Source of the DNA: a virus
Taxonomy: Duplodnaviria; Caudoviricetes
Reading direction: 5' to 3' (one strand)
Virus record (IMG/VR): IMGVR_UViG_3300013770_000001
Coordinates: 1-55,576 of that record
Length of the DNA stretch: 55,576 bases
Part shown: piece by piece, positions 1-10,068 of the stretch
How positions within the stretch are numbered: position 1 is the stretch's first letter
Layout: each line of letters opens with the position of its first letter
Position numbers and translations under genes: made by a program
The notes under the pieces: generated by a model
Databases searched by the model: none
What the model saw: only the letters and a program-made list of their open reading frames with translations
Told to the model about the DNA's origin: nothing

Positions 1-107
1 GGTTACAGGTGGCCACAGGTGGCCACGGGGTGGCCACGGGTGGCCACAGGGTGGCCACAGGTGGTTACAGGTGGTTACAGGTGGTTACAGGTGGTTACAG
101 GGTGGCC
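1..107. repeat. Tandem array of about 10 copies of a 10-11 bp unit GGTGG(CC/TT)AC(A/G)
   Basis: Read directly: ggttacaggtggccacaggtggccacggggtggccacggg... up to about position 107; runs off the window edge. Confidence 0.9.
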
Positions 108-219
108 GTATAACGTACCATGAATACCGGGAGGGGTTATTTGTACGTTTGTATCAGAGAAAATTCAGAGACCCCGGCCCGGCCAGGTCTCTACGACAGA
201 TTCGCGAATCATGTTCAAC

Positions 220-311
220 GGCCTGATTTCGAGGCCTTCTTGCATCAGGGATCTCGGACCAAGGGCCTGATTTCGAGGCCTTCTTGCATCAGGGATCTCG
301 GACCAAGGGCC
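220..311. repeat. Exact 44-bp direct tandem repeat (2 copies)
   Basis: ggcctgatttcgaggccttcttgcatcagggatctcggaccaag at 220 and 264. Confidence 0.9.
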
Positions 312-450
312 GGGGAGGTTATTTCCGACCAGCAAGGATCAGGTCTCCAAGAATCAAGAAGGCTTTGCAGAAAAATTTTGGAATGATTCCACTTTAATGA
401 AGTGTGTGGAATCATAAAACCAGAAAAGAAAAAATCTTTTTATTTTTCTT

Positions 451-476
451 GGAATTTTTTCGCGTGAAATGGGTTA
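451..476 (+). promoter_or_regulatory. Putative ECF-type promoter GGAATTTT-N14-GTTA for the packaging/virion operon
   Basis: Same motif and exact spacing recur at 26796, 34218 and (reverse strand) 33919-33944, each at the start of a transcription unit. Confidence 0.6.
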
Positions 477-541
477 GTCGTACGAAGAGAAGTAGGTGAT
501 TCCAGAATCGTTACAAATGCGGAATCATTGCCAAAAGAAGG

Positions 542-1135
542 ATGTCTCCCATGGATGCAAACGACCCCGCCAAACTAGTTCGAGCTGAGGGACAGTTCGA
601 CCCGGACAGGTGTCCGAGCATCGCTGGCAACGGGGATCAGTGTATCATGAAGAAGGCACCGGGCTGTGACCACTGTGCGATTCACGGTGCCAAGCAGCAG
701 ATGGCAAAGCAGGGGCAGAAGGCTCTTCAGAACTTCCGAATCACCATGTGGAAGGCGGACGCAGTCGAGGGCTTGAACAGCCCTGACCTGAAGTCTCTCC
801 GCGAAGAGATCGTGCTCGTCCGGATCATGGTCACTCAGAAGTGGGAAGCCTGTAAGGATGACCAAGGGAATCCTTCTGCGGCCAAGTTGATGTTAGCTTC
901 CGGGGCGATCACCGGGATGTTGGTTCAATTGGGAAAACTCGTTGAATCATGTCACAAGATCGAAGCGGCTACTGGTTTTTTGGTAGACAAGACCGACCTC
1001 ATGCGTGTTATGGGGACAATTTTGCAGATTCTGGGAGAGGAGGTAAAAGATCCGGAAGTGTTCGGTCAGATAAGCAAGCGGCTGATGGATACCATCAGCA
1101 AGGAAAATGGAGGAACTGATTATGTCGTTAGCTGA
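542..1135 (+). CDS. Putative terminase small subunit
   Basis: First gene of the virion operon; helical, N-terminal Cys cluster; called from position only. Confidence 0.4.
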   Translation: MSPMDANDPAKLVRAEGQFDPDRCPSIAGNGDQCIMKKAPGCDHCAIHGAKQQMAKQGQKALQNFRITMWKADAVEGLNSPDLKSLREEIVLVRIMVTQKWEACKDDQGNPSAAKLMLASGAITGMLVQLGKLVESCHKIEAATGFLVDKTDLMRVMGTILQILGEEVKDPEVFGQISKRLMDTISKENGGTDYVVS

Positions 1136-1640
1136 ACTCAAAATCGTTGCGTCGTTAGGTGTGAACTGTGATGTGGCCAAGGTGGAAGGGGACAATAGTC
1201 CGAATCACCGCGACTACTCATCTTCGTCCATGTCCAAGCAGCGCAACTTCGGCACCACTGGTGCCTTGTCAAACAAGCTCTGGAGCGCGAAGTTTTCCCC
1301 GGCCGCGACGGTTGCTGTGCAGCACAGTCTCGGTGGGACGAACGGTGTGGCCTTGTTGGACGTGTTCGGTGATGCCGTCATCTTTACCCTGATTCACGGC
1401 TTCTTCCTGAAGAACACCGGCGCTACTATCCTGTCATTGGATGGCGGTGACGTGACGAACGGCTGGACGGCCTTGTTCCCGAACAACACCGACACGATCA
1501 CGATCCCGGTCGGTGCGATGGTCGGCTTCTTGGCCAGCGCCGATGCCGGTTTCGCAGTCGTGAGTACTGAACTGGTGCGCGTGACCAATACGGACGGCGT
1601 TGTCGCTGGCGAGTATCAGGTGACGGCGTTCGGTCGGTAA
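1122..1640 (+). CDS. Beta-rich putative virion (decoration) protein, paralog 1
   Basis: GGAGGA RBS before ATG 1122; shares DVFGDAV-F--I-G---N-G with the next gene. Confidence 0.55.
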   Translation: MSLAELKIVASLGVNCDVAKVEGDNSPNHRDYSSSSMSKQRNFGTTGALSNKLWSAKFSPAATVAVQHSLGGTNGVALLDVFGDAVIFTLIHGFFLKNTGATILSLDGGDVTNGWTALFPNNTDTITIPVGAMVGFLASADAGFAVVSTELVRVTNTDGVVAGEYQVTAFGR

Positions 1641-1712
1641 AGCGGACTGATTCGAGAATCTTGGAGGGCCGAAAATGGCCCTCCAGATTCGAGAATCTAA
1701 AGAGGGCTGAAT

Positions 1713-2204
1713 ATGTCGCTAGAAAGTCTACTCGTTGTGGTAGAAGCACTGGTGAAGATCGACGCGACGAAGATTCCGCTCACGTCGCTTGATCCTCTTC
1801 ACCATGACTTCTCGCTTGTTCAAGCCAAGAGCAACTATCCCGATGCAATTAAAGTGCATTGCACTCGACGGAGCTTGGCTCCTCTGGCTGTTGAGATTCT
1901 CGACGTGACCGGCGCAGCACCGGCTGGCTACAAGGCAATCGTGGATGTCTTCGGTGATGCAGTTGCCTTCACCACGATCTACGGTCTGATGGTCCGGAAT
2001 CGCGGTACTGCTCCAATTGGAATCCGGAATCGGTCAATCATGGGTCTGACGGACGTTGCCAGCATCTATGTCAATGGTGGCGGTTTTTACTGCAACAGTT
2101 TCGGCACAGATGGAATGCCACTGGTAGTCAATGACGGTCTGAATCTGGAGAATCTGGATGCCGTCCTGACCGCAGATTTCGATGTCTTCATGTGGGGGAA
2201 ATAA
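1713..2204 (+). CDS. Beta-rich putative virion protein, paralog 2
   Basis: Alignable with 1122-1640 over its whole length. Confidence 0.55.
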   Translation: MSLESLLVVVEALVKIDATKIPLTSLDPLHHDFSLVQAKSNYPDAIKVHCTRRSLAPLAVEILDVTGAAPAGYKAIVDVFGDAVAFTTIYGLMVRNRGTAPIGIRNRSIMGLTDVASIYVNGGGFYCNSFGTDGMPLVVNDGLNLENLDAVLTADFDVFMWGK

Positions 2205-2207
2205 GTC

Positions 2208-2468
2208 ATGGAACTCGCGAAACAATATGCCGCTCCGACCACTGCAACAAGCCTTGCCACTCTTTGCGGCGGAGATCTCAAATACTCGAAGGGCATTGCA
2301 TTGCAGGCGCCGCAGGCCAATGCGGCGAATCTGTATTTCGGGACTCAGTTCAAACAGCCGATCTTCGTGAATCCGGGTGGAAGCACCGCGGTGATGCCAA
2401 TCAGCTCACTGAGCGATATCTATGTCCTCGGTACCAGTGGCGACTTCATCAACGTCATCATTTTTTAA
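2208..2468 (+). CDS. Small hypothetical virion protein
   Basis: Tightly packed ORF, jelly-roll-like composition. Confidence 0.5.
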   Translation: MELAKQYAAPTTATSLATLCGGDLKYSKGIALQAPQANAANLYFGTQFKQPIFVNPGGSTAVMPISSLSDIYVLGTSGDFINVIIF

Positions 2469-2501
2469 TTGGGTCACATCCGTTCGCTTGAGGGCTAGGA
2501 T

Positions 2502-5093
2502 ATGCCATTCATAGATCAGGGGAATAACATGGGCTACCTCTTCAAATTTCCGCTTATCTTCAATCTGTCCACATTACTGGGACAGACTTTCAAATGGCTC
2601 CCTGCCTACGGGGTGAACGGAATCGGGGCGAATGGTGCTGCGCTCACTGGGTCCACCTTAGATCAGAACGTGCGTGGATTCATCAATAAGCACACAGGCC
2701 TCTTCGCGTGGAACACGCTTGATACGCCGACTGCTGAAGGCCACTATGAGACCGATGTCACGCAGATGCTGACTATTAGCAGCGATTTCAACAACGCGTA
2801 CTGGACCAAGATACGCTGCGCAACCCCAGCCGTGGATGCCATTGGACCAGATGGCGTGACAGTTGACGCCAATACATTGACTGAAGATGGTTCGGCCTCG
2901 ACGACACATTTGATGTCACGGGCAGTTGCCCTCGTCAGCGGCCAATATTATACATTCTCAATCTTCGTGAAAGCTGGAACCCGTCAAGGAATCTCGATGG
3001 GCGTCTCCGGAAACTTGTCAGCATTCACGATCATCTTCAATGCCTCAACCGGCAAGGTGGCGCCATCCGGAACTGCCGAAAAAATGTGGGTCCGTAAAGT
3101 CGGAACATCGGGATGGTACAAGATCGGCTTCCGCTGTCTCGCGACTGGGACAGGCAACACTACACTGTCAATCGACATGTATAATGGAACGACGGCAACT
3201 TACTCGGGCGACGGCGTCTCGACAGTCTTTGTCGCCAAGCCGCAGGTCACGAATACGAAGAGCTTCCAGACCTATATTGCGGATGCCGGAACCTTGGCCT
3301 TCACAGATCATCGGTTGGCAAATGCAGCAAACGCCTATATGGGCGCAACTGGTTCTCTGGTCCTTACATACCGGCCGAATCGAACCGCGGCTGCGATGGC
3401 TGCTTCCAAATACCTGTTCGACGCCAGTGTGGATGCAAACAACCTCTTCTGCCTGACTTACGACGCAACGAGCAAAAGTTATAGGCTTCAGATCAGTGAT
3501 TCGGGAGTCAGTCAGGTTAACCTGTCCGGGACGTACAACTATCCGAACGCGCAGAGCCTCGACATCATTGTGATCACGTGGAAGACCAATGAAGTCACCA
3601 TGTATATCAACGGTATCCAAGTCGATCAAGCTACTGTCTGCACGATTCCTGTGCCGAACACGACGATCTACCTCGGGAACAGTTTGATTCCGGTATCCGC
3701 GAACTCCGCCGATGGCCAGATTCAGTATCTCGCGTTGTCGAGTGTCTGCTGGTCTTCTGTGGATGCGTTGGTCGGAGACCAGTTGGCCCGTATCGAACTC
3801 GGCGCCGAATCACCAGACCTCCTGTTCTATGCTCCGCTTGAAACATCCATGGCCCCGCAATACTGCTCAATTGAAGTGCTTCGCCCGGCAACCGAAACTG
3901 TCGATGCTCTTGGAACATACCTTGATCCCACACTTCAGAAAATTGTGCAGGCCACAGCAAATGCAGGCAGACTCCAGTCGAAAGGTCTTTTAATCGAGCT
4001 AACCGGGGCCAACATCTGCTGGCAGTCTGGTGACTTGAGCGTCTCCCCGTGGGTGGCGGATGCGAACGTCGTCGTAACAGACCACACCGCGACAGTGCCT
4101 CCTCCGATGACAGTTGCGGGGGCGAAGACATGGAAGCTGACCAATGACGGCCTCGCGGCTGGAAAGGCTGTCAAGCAGGACTTAGTTCTCCGGCTCACGG
4201 CTGCGGCCGGGAGTGCAGCGGTCCTGGTTGCATCAGATGCCAGTGCATCGCCAACCTTCACGCTAGGAATCTATGATGACACTGCCACGGCCTATCGCGC
4301 GAAATGCGATTTTACTTGGACGGCAGGTGTCTTGGCAGCCGGAACACCGACGAACGGGACCGCGGACGCAGAGTTTCTCTGCACAATTGCAGGGGTCAAC
4401 TACTACTGGGCGACGATCAAGGCAGTTTCTGGAATCACGGCGGCAAACAATCACGGATTCCATTTCCTCCCAACTGGAACTGGCTCGACGGCAGGATACC
4501 AGCTTGCCTGTGCTGTTGACATCACAGTCACGCCTTTCCGGACGAGCTATGTTCCGACGGCGGGGGCAAGTGTTTCGGACGCATTTGACGCCATCTCATT
4601 CTCGAATCTGAATAATGAACTTGGTTATGGTGTCGAAGGAACAATGATCCTTGCATACACGCCACTCTTTGGCGCCTCAGAGGCAGTTGGAAACAATATC
4701 ATTGCGACATTGGGAAACTCACTTGCTGCGGGCGTGGTCTATCTTTCTGTGACTGCCGGCCTCTACCGAGCAACAATTTCGTTGACCGGAAATGCGGGCG
4801 CAGCAGCAAGTGCCGTTGTCCCAGTGAAAGGAACGACCGTCATTCTTGCCTGCACTTGGAAGCTGAACGACCTCAGGATGTTCACCGATGGTGTGCAGCG
4901 TGCACAGGATACACTTGTCGATATTCCGGTACTTAGCGGGAATCTGGTACTTGGAAATAGTGGCTGGTCTGTTGCGACAGTGAATGCTGCAAATGGCAGA
5001 GTCAAACACGCCAAGGTCTTCAAACGGGCCTTGACACCGACTCAAATTGCGGCTGAGACAAGGCTGATTAAGACGGCAATGGGCTTGATCTAA
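2502..5093 (+). CDS. Head spike/fibre-like protein with two carbohydrate-binding plus LamG/concanavalin-like modules
   Basis: Two similar halves (GSLVLTYRP..ITWK..MYING..IYLGNS and GTMILAYTP..CTWK..MFTDG..LVLGNS); TSYVPT motif; LamG-like end VFKRALTPTQI. Confidence 0.65.
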   Translation: MPFIDQGNNMGYLFKFPLIFNLSTLLGQTFKWLPAYGVNGIGANGAALTGSTLDQNVRGFINKHTGLFAWNTLDTPTAEGHYETDVTQMLTISSDFNNAYWTKIRCATPAVDAIGPDGVTVDANTLTEDGSASTTHLMSRAVALVSGQYYTFSIFVKAGTRQGISMGVSGNLSAFTIIFNASTGKVAPSGTAEKMWVRKVGTSGWYKIGFRCLATGTGNTTLSIDMYNGTTATYSGDGVSTVFVAKPQVTNTKSFQTYIADAGTLAFTDHRLANAANAYMGATGSLVLTYRPNRTAAAMAASKYLFDASVDANNLFCLTYDATSKSYRLQISDSGVSQVNLSGTYNYPNAQSLDIIVITWKTNEVTMYINGIQVDQATVCTIPVPNTTIYLGNSLIPVSANSADGQIQYLALSSVCWSSVDALVGDQLARIELGAESPDLLFYAPLETSMAPQYCSIEVLRPATETVDALGTYLDPTLQKIVQATANAGRLQSKGLLIELTGANICWQSGDLSVSPWVADANVVVTDHTATVPPPMTVAGAKTWKLTNDGLAAGKAVKQDLVLRLTAAAGSAAVLVASDASASPTFTLGIYDDTATAYRAKCDFTWTAGVLAAGTPTNGTADAEFLCTIAGVNYYWATIKAVSGITAANNHGFHFLPTGTGSTAGYQLACAVDITVTPFRTSYVPTAGASVSDAFDAISFSNLNNELGYGVEGTMILAYTPLFGASEAVGNNIIATLGNSLAAGVVYLSVTAGLYRATISLTGNAGAAASAVVPVKGTTVILACTWKLNDLRMFTDGVQRAQDTLVDIPVLSGNLVLGNSGWSVATVNAANGRVKHAKVFKRALTPTQIAAETRLIKTAMGLI

Positions 5094-5103
5094 GGAGCGG
5101 AAG

Positions 5104-5526
5104 ATGATTGAAGTAGATCCCAAACTCTTCGGCGAAGATGCGTGGCTCGTTCAGATTGAAACGGATTCGCGAATCTTCTCCGGTGAACGGTGGAACATTC
5201 TGATGAACACAATGGAGGTCTTACATTCCGAGGAAACGAAAAGTGTTGTCGAGGGTTCGCTGACACATTTCAATCCGCAGACCGGAGAGGTGTATTGGGG
5301 TCCGTGCCCATTGACACCGCTCCAGTGTGAGAAGTTGGTGCTCCTTCAAGAAGATCAAGCGATCAACAAGGGAAGTGCGAATCTGAAAGGTATCTCGGTG
5401 ATTGCCGTCTCTGAGGCTCAGGCAATTGAGGATACAGCCCTCGTGGCCAAGATGGATGAAGCCGCGATTCTGGACTCCAAAATCGTCTTGGAAGTGGGAG
5501 AGATTCAGAAAGACTTGGTTGTCTAG
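5104..5526 (+). CDS. Hypothetical protein
   Basis: AGGAG RBS; intact ORF. Confidence 0.6.
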   Translation: MIEVDPKLFGEDAWLVQIETDSRIFSGERWNILMNTMEVLHSEETKSVVEGSLTHFNPQTGEVYWGPCPLTPLQCEKLVLLQEDQAINKGSANLKGISVIAVSEAQAIEDTALVAKMDEAAILDSKIVLEVGEIQKDLVV

Positions 5527-5567
5527 AAAGATCCAATTGTCCTTGAGAAAGGAGCACTTGAACTCTC

Positions 5568-7238
5568 ATGCACCCGATGTTGGCTGAAGCTCTACAGACT
5601 CTTTGCAACGGTCTCGACCGCAAGGCGCTCGTGAAAGCGAGTGACTGGGCGGTCAAGTACCGTGTGATGGGCGGGGAACGACCCGGCCCTTGGAACTTTC
5701 GTCACTTCCCTTGGGCCAAGCAGATTCACGACACGCCAGCAGAGCGTGTCTGTGTTATGAAGGGCGCACAGTTGGGAATCACGGAAGTCGCAATTAACCT
5801 CGCCCTCAAGTGGATTGACATTGACTGTGCAAACGTGCTTTACTTGCTTCCGACCGAAGGGGGTGCAAACAAGTTCTCGGCAGCGCGTATTGAACCGGCA
5901 CTGGAATCATCCGAGCATCTGAAAAAGATCTTCGCCAACACCAAGAATATTGGACACAAACGAGCCGGAATGGCGAACCTCTTCATTCGTGGAACTCGGA
6001 GCAAGGAAGGTCTTAAATCTGATCCTATCAGTCTTTTAGTAGAGGATGAACTGGATGAAATGGAACAAGACAATCTGCCTCTTGCAGAAGAGCGCATGTC
6101 AGGCCATTCACATCGCAAGTTGTTCCAGATTTCAACACCAACAGTTGCAGATTACGGAATCGCAGCAGCTTACAAGAATTCCACGCAGAACCAGTACATT
6201 TTCAAATGCCCGTTCTGTAGCCGACAGACATTGCTGACCTATCCAGAATGTCTGTGCATCACTGCCGAGGATACGGAAGATCCAAAGATTCTCGAATCAT
6301 TCATCATGTGCCGGGAGTGCAAGCACAAGCTCGACCACCAGACGAAACACGAGTGGCTGGGTCTTGAAAACGCAGGTTGGGTACCTACATTCAAGGATCG
6401 TCTCACAGACGGCTACGGTCTGAATCAACTCTACTCGACCAAGGAACCACCATACAGCATTGCGAAGTCGGCTCTCAAGGCCCGGCTGGACCCGATAAGT
6501 GAACAGGAGTTCTACAACTCGAAACTGGGTCTTACCCACAAGATCTCCGGTGCGCAGGTTGATGACGAAGCCATTGCGAAATGTGTGAAGCAGTACCGGC
6601 AGACACGCCCGAACGAAGTAAAGGCAGCAGACCCTAACTACTTCTGCACGATGGGAATTGACATCGGGATTCAAAAGCATTTCGAGATTGACCAGTGGTT
6701 CATTGACCGGAACGCACCTGAAGCTGACTTGAATCTGAAGGCGACCTGCAGGATGATTCGCTGCGGGACAGTTCGCTCCTTCGATGAACTGCACTATTTG
6801 ATTGTGCAGTATTTCCCCAAGTTCGTTGTTGTAGACGCGCAGCCAGAGCGTACCATGTCTGCCGAGCTGGTCAAGAAGTTCTATGGTATCGCGCGTTGCT
6901 GCTTCTATGCAGGTGGCTGTACCGGTCGCCAGATTGTTGTTCGCCCGGCAGAGGATGGCTCGATCTCAGTAGATCGCACGTCTTGGATGGATCTGGCCAT
7001 TATGCGATTCATGAATGGCAAGATGCAAATTCCGTTTGACACGCCGCTGGACTACAAGGCGCATATCAAAGCACCTATCAAACACTACGGCCGTGACCGG
7101 GATGGGAATCCTGTTGCGCGGTATATTACTGGTGAGAGTACACCCGATCACTATGCACATGCCCGTACCTATTCTGAGATTGCTTTCCGAATGGCTACTT
7201 CTCGCGGGCATAGTCAAAATTTGGCAGGAGTAATCTAA
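5568..7238 (+). CDS. terL: Terminase large subunit, lambda GpA type
   Basis: Walker A KGAQLGITE, Walker B LLVEDELD, coupling motif ISTPT, CPFC/CREC zinc site, nuclease motifs GIDIG and DHYAHA. Confidence 0.9.
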   Translation: MHPMLAEALQTLCNGLDRKALVKASDWAVKYRVMGGERPGPWNFRHFPWAKQIHDTPAERVCVMKGAQLGITEVAINLALKWIDIDCANVLYLLPTEGGANKFSAARIEPALESSEHLKKIFANTKNIGHKRAGMANLFIRGTRSKEGLKSDPISLLVEDELDEMEQDNLPLAEERMSGHSHRKLFQISTPTVADYGIAAAYKNSTQNQYIFKCPFCSRQTLLTYPECLCITAEDTEDPKILESFIMCRECKHKLDHQTKHEWLGLENAGWVPTFKDRLTDGYGLNQLYSTKEPPYSIAKSALKARLDPISEQEFYNSKLGLTHKISGAQVDDEAIAKCVKQYRQTRPNEVKAADPNYFCTMGIDIGIQKHFEIDQWFIDRNAPEADLNLKATCRMIRCGTVRSFDELHYLIVQYFPKFVVVDAQPERTMSAELVKKFYGIARCCFYAGGCTGRQIVVRPAEDGSISVDRTSWMDLAIMRFMNGKMQIPFDTPLDYKAHIKAPIKHYGRDRDGNPVARYITGESTPDHYAHARTYSEIAFRMATSRGHSQNLAGVI

Positions 7239-9019
7239 TGGCGAGCATCTCCAGCTTACTACACCCCGAGTACGTTGCAAACGTATCGGACTGGAAACGA
7301 TTCCACGACGTGCTGGAGTCCGGGCGTCGCTATGTCGAAACGTACCTGACAAAGTATAGTGAGCGGGAGAATAACGACCAATTTCTAGAGCGGGTGGCCT
7401 CGGCATACGTTCCGGCACATGCCAAAGCAGCCGTTCTGGACGTGACGAACTCGATTGCCCAGCGCATGTGCGACGTGAAACGCACGATCCCTGATGATGA
7501 CTACAAACTGGCGATTCAGGGCTTGAACGGCGGGATTGATCGTGAAGGTTCGACCATCGAAGCCTTTTTGCGGACCAAAGTGCTGCCAGATCTTGCAGGT
7601 GTCGGCAAGATCGCAGTCTATGTGGATAAGGCGAAGATTCCCGAATCTGCCGATGCTCTTGAAGTTGCAGCGATTCGACCCTATTGCTACGTCTATCAGG
7701 CAGAAGATATCCATACTTGGCGGCATGTGAACGGCGAGCTAATGGTCGTCGTTCTCCGAGACTGTATCGAGACAATGGACGCCGCGACCGGGGCCGTCAT
7801 CGGGAACAAGGACCAGTATCGTGTCCTGAAACTCGTGACCGGCCTCGACGGTGAGAAATCCGTCAGTGTTCAGATTCTCGAAAAGGGTGCCGAAATGGAC
7901 ACCTCAGGTGGAACTCCTGATGTCGTGATCTCTTCTGAGAGTCTCAAACTCTCACGAATCCCGCTCGTGATTGGTGAACTCCCCGAAGCATTGCTCGAAG
8001 ACGTGGAAGCGGCGCAGGCAGCTCTGTTGAATCTGGCGTCGTCGGACTATACTTACGCCCTCAAAAGCAACTTCCCACTCTATACCGAGCAGATTGATCG
8101 TCTCGGTCAAGATGTTCCCGGTTTGGAATCTCTTGGTCCGAACGGTGAACAGCCAGATGAGACCGGCGGGATTCTGACCACAAATGTGGCGAATGCCAGG
8201 ACTGCCACTGTCAAGCCGAAAGTTATTCCAATTGGGGCAACGAACGGACGTGGCTACGCGAGTGGACTCGACCGCCCCGGCTTCATTAATCCGTCGTCAG
8301 AGCCGCTCCGGGCCAGTATCGAACTGCGGCAGACCATTAAGGAAGAGATTCGACAGATTATGAATCTGTCTTTGAAGAGTCTGTATGCACAGAGAGCGTC
8401 AGCAGACAGCAAGAAATTCGATGAATCCGGAATGGAAGCCGGCCTCGGTGTCATCGGCTACGAACTGCAACGCATGGAAATCGCGATTGCTGAAATCTGG
8501 ATGATGTACCAAGAGGTCGAAGGCCAAGTTATCATAAAATATCCGGAGGACTACTCCCTCAAGACGGATGATAGCCGCCGTTTGGAGGCAAAAGAGCTTG
8601 CAGAATTGACCATGACCGTGCCGTCTGTTTCGTTCCAGAAAGAACTCGTAAAAGAGGTCGTCTCGGTTCTCCGGAGGGGCAAATCGACACCAGACCAACT
8701 GAAGAAGATGTTTGATGAAATCGACGCACAGCCAGTGATTGTCACTGATCCAAAAGTCCTCATTGCCGATATGGAGGCTGGACTTGTTGGACCTGAACTG
8801 GCATCCAAAGTGCGCCTATACCCTGAAGGGGAGGCGAAACGTGGACAAGATGCAGTTGTCGAACGACTTGCCCGAATCATGGCGGCCCAGGGTGGCGCAA
8901 ACGGTACAAGAGGCGTCTCTTCGCCGGGTGACACCACCGCGGCAGATGAAAAGACGCTGTCTCAAACCCCAGCAGCCACTGGGGCAACGTCGGCTAAAAC
9001 TCGCGGGGAGGCCAAGTAA
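7238..9019 (+). CDS. Portal protein
   Basis: 593 aa directly after terL; N-terminal HPEY..W..F..YL..Y.ERE pattern typical of phage portals. Confidence 0.8.
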   Translation: MASISSLLHPEYVANVSDWKRFHDVLESGRRYVETYLTKYSERENNDQFLERVASAYVPAHAKAAVLDVTNSIAQRMCDVKRTIPDDDYKLAIQGLNGGIDREGSTIEAFLRTKVLPDLAGVGKIAVYVDKAKIPESADALEVAAIRPYCYVYQAEDIHTWRHVNGELMVVVLRDCIETMDAATGAVIGNKDQYRVLKLVTGLDGEKSVSVQILEKGAEMDTSGGTPDVVISSESLKLSRIPLVIGELPEALLEDVEAAQAALLNLASSDYTYALKSNFPLYTEQIDRLGQDVPGLESLGPNGEQPDETGGILTTNVANARTATVKPKVIPIGATNGRGYASGLDRPGFINPSSEPLRASIELRQTIKEEIRQIMNLSLKSLYAQRASADSKKFDESGMEAGLGVIGYELQRMEIAIAEIWMMYQEVEGQVIIKYPEDYSLKTDDSRRLEAKELAELTMTVPSVSFQKELVKEVVSVLRRGKSTPDQLKKMFDEIDAQPVIVTDPKVLIADMEAGLVGPELASKVRLYPEGEAKRGQDAVVERLARIMAAQGGANGTRGVSSPGDTTAADEKTLSQTPAATGATSAKTRGEAK

Positions 9020-9546
9020 TGACCTACACGATCACTATTGGAGCAACCAATTATACGTCTTATTTAAGCGTAGCGGCGGCAGCTACGATTCTGGAATCGG
9101 AACTGAACACGTCACCATGGGATTCGAGTGACGTTCCGCTTCGGGAGAAGGCACTCTTGATGGCGACACGTGTCGTGGAGTCACTGGCCTTTGCCGGATC
9201 GAAAGTGGACTCCACGCAGGTGCTCCAGTTTCCACGTCAGTTGAAGCTGCCGGTGAACTCTTGGCAGGGGGTGACTGGCTCTGTTCCCGGCCCAACGACG
9301 ATTCCTTCTCAGATTGAGAGGGCAGTTGCCTTGATGGCCGTTGCTTTCTTGGATGGCATCGACCCTGATATCGAATTCGATAATTTGCAGATGATTCACT
9401 CGAAGTACAATGGTATCGAGATGAATTTCGGGCGGGCCGAATATACCCAGTACAAAGTTCTGGGAATTCCATGCTACAGTGCATGGAAACTATTGAAACC
9501 CTTTCTCCGAGACGGCCGCGGGTTGTCTCTATCTCGGGTATCGTAG
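9019..9546 (+). CDS. DnaT-like head-tail connector (head completion) protein
   Basis: SYLSVA..W..EKALLMATR..F.G.K..Q.LQFPR..IP..I..A signature. Confidence 0.7.
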   Translation: MTYTITIGATNYTSYLSVAAAATILESELNTSPWDSSDVPLREKALLMATRVVESLAFAGSKVDSTQVLQFPRQLKLPVNSWQGVTGSVPGPTTIPSQIERAVALMAVAFLDGIDPDIEFDNLQMIHSKYNGIEMNFGRAEYTQYKVLGIPCYSAWKLLKPFLRDGRGLSLSRVS

Positions 9547-9568
9547 CTCACAGCCTTAGGAGTTCTCA

Positions 9569-9955
9569 ATGTCGAATCTCGAAAAAGAAACAGACGCGAC
9601 TGCGAAAGCAGCCGCTTATGAAGCAGCAAAAGCTGCCATGGTTGCTGCGCCCGCTCCGCAGAATCCGCTACCGTCAGACCAGCCGCAGTCGGCGCAACAG
9701 GCGTATGTTCTGAAAACAGAGCAACAGGAACAGATCAAACTCGCGATGGCGAACGAAATCGCCACGTGGAAGAAGGTCATGGACGTTCTGAAAGCAGAAC
9801 TGAAAGTGGCCCGGAATCAGATGACGCTGCCGGTTAATCGCGAACAGCGAATTCTGGACCTCGAAGCTGCTCTTGCAACTGTGCAGGCAGTGGATGGCGA
9901 AAAACGTGTTCTGTTTCAGGACAAGTTGGATTTGCTCATCGCGTCGATGAAGTAG
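9569..9955 (+). CDS. Hypothetical coiled-coil protein
   Basis: AGGAG RBS; ORF followed by a terminator hairpin. Confidence 0.6.
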   Translation: MSNLEKETDATAKAAAYEAAKAAMVAAPAPQNPLPSDQPQSAQQAYVLKTEQQEQIKLAMANEIATWKKVMDVLKAELKVARNQMTLPVNREQRILDLEAALATVQAVDGEKRVLFQDKLDLLIASMK

Positions 9956-9966
9956 TCAAATTAGAC

Positions 9967-9996
9967 GGGTATCCCATGCGGGATACCCAGTCTTTC
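9967..9996 (+). terminator. Intrinsic terminator-like hairpin
   Basis: gggtatccc-atgc-gggataccc followed by a short T-rich tract. Confidence 0.55.
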
Positions 9997-10068
9997 CTAT
10001 GAACCATCTTTTGAGATTGCTGTGCTTTCTCTATTTAAGGTATCTTAACTCATAATGAGGGTCTTACA

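Noticed and set aside
1-311. CRISPR array
   Set aside because: The repeats are directly tandem with no unique spacers, and no cas genes are present.
120-386. 88-aa ORF at the left end
   Set aside because: It runs through the 44-bp out-of-frame tandem repeat, has no RBS or motifs, and lies upstream of the putative promoter.
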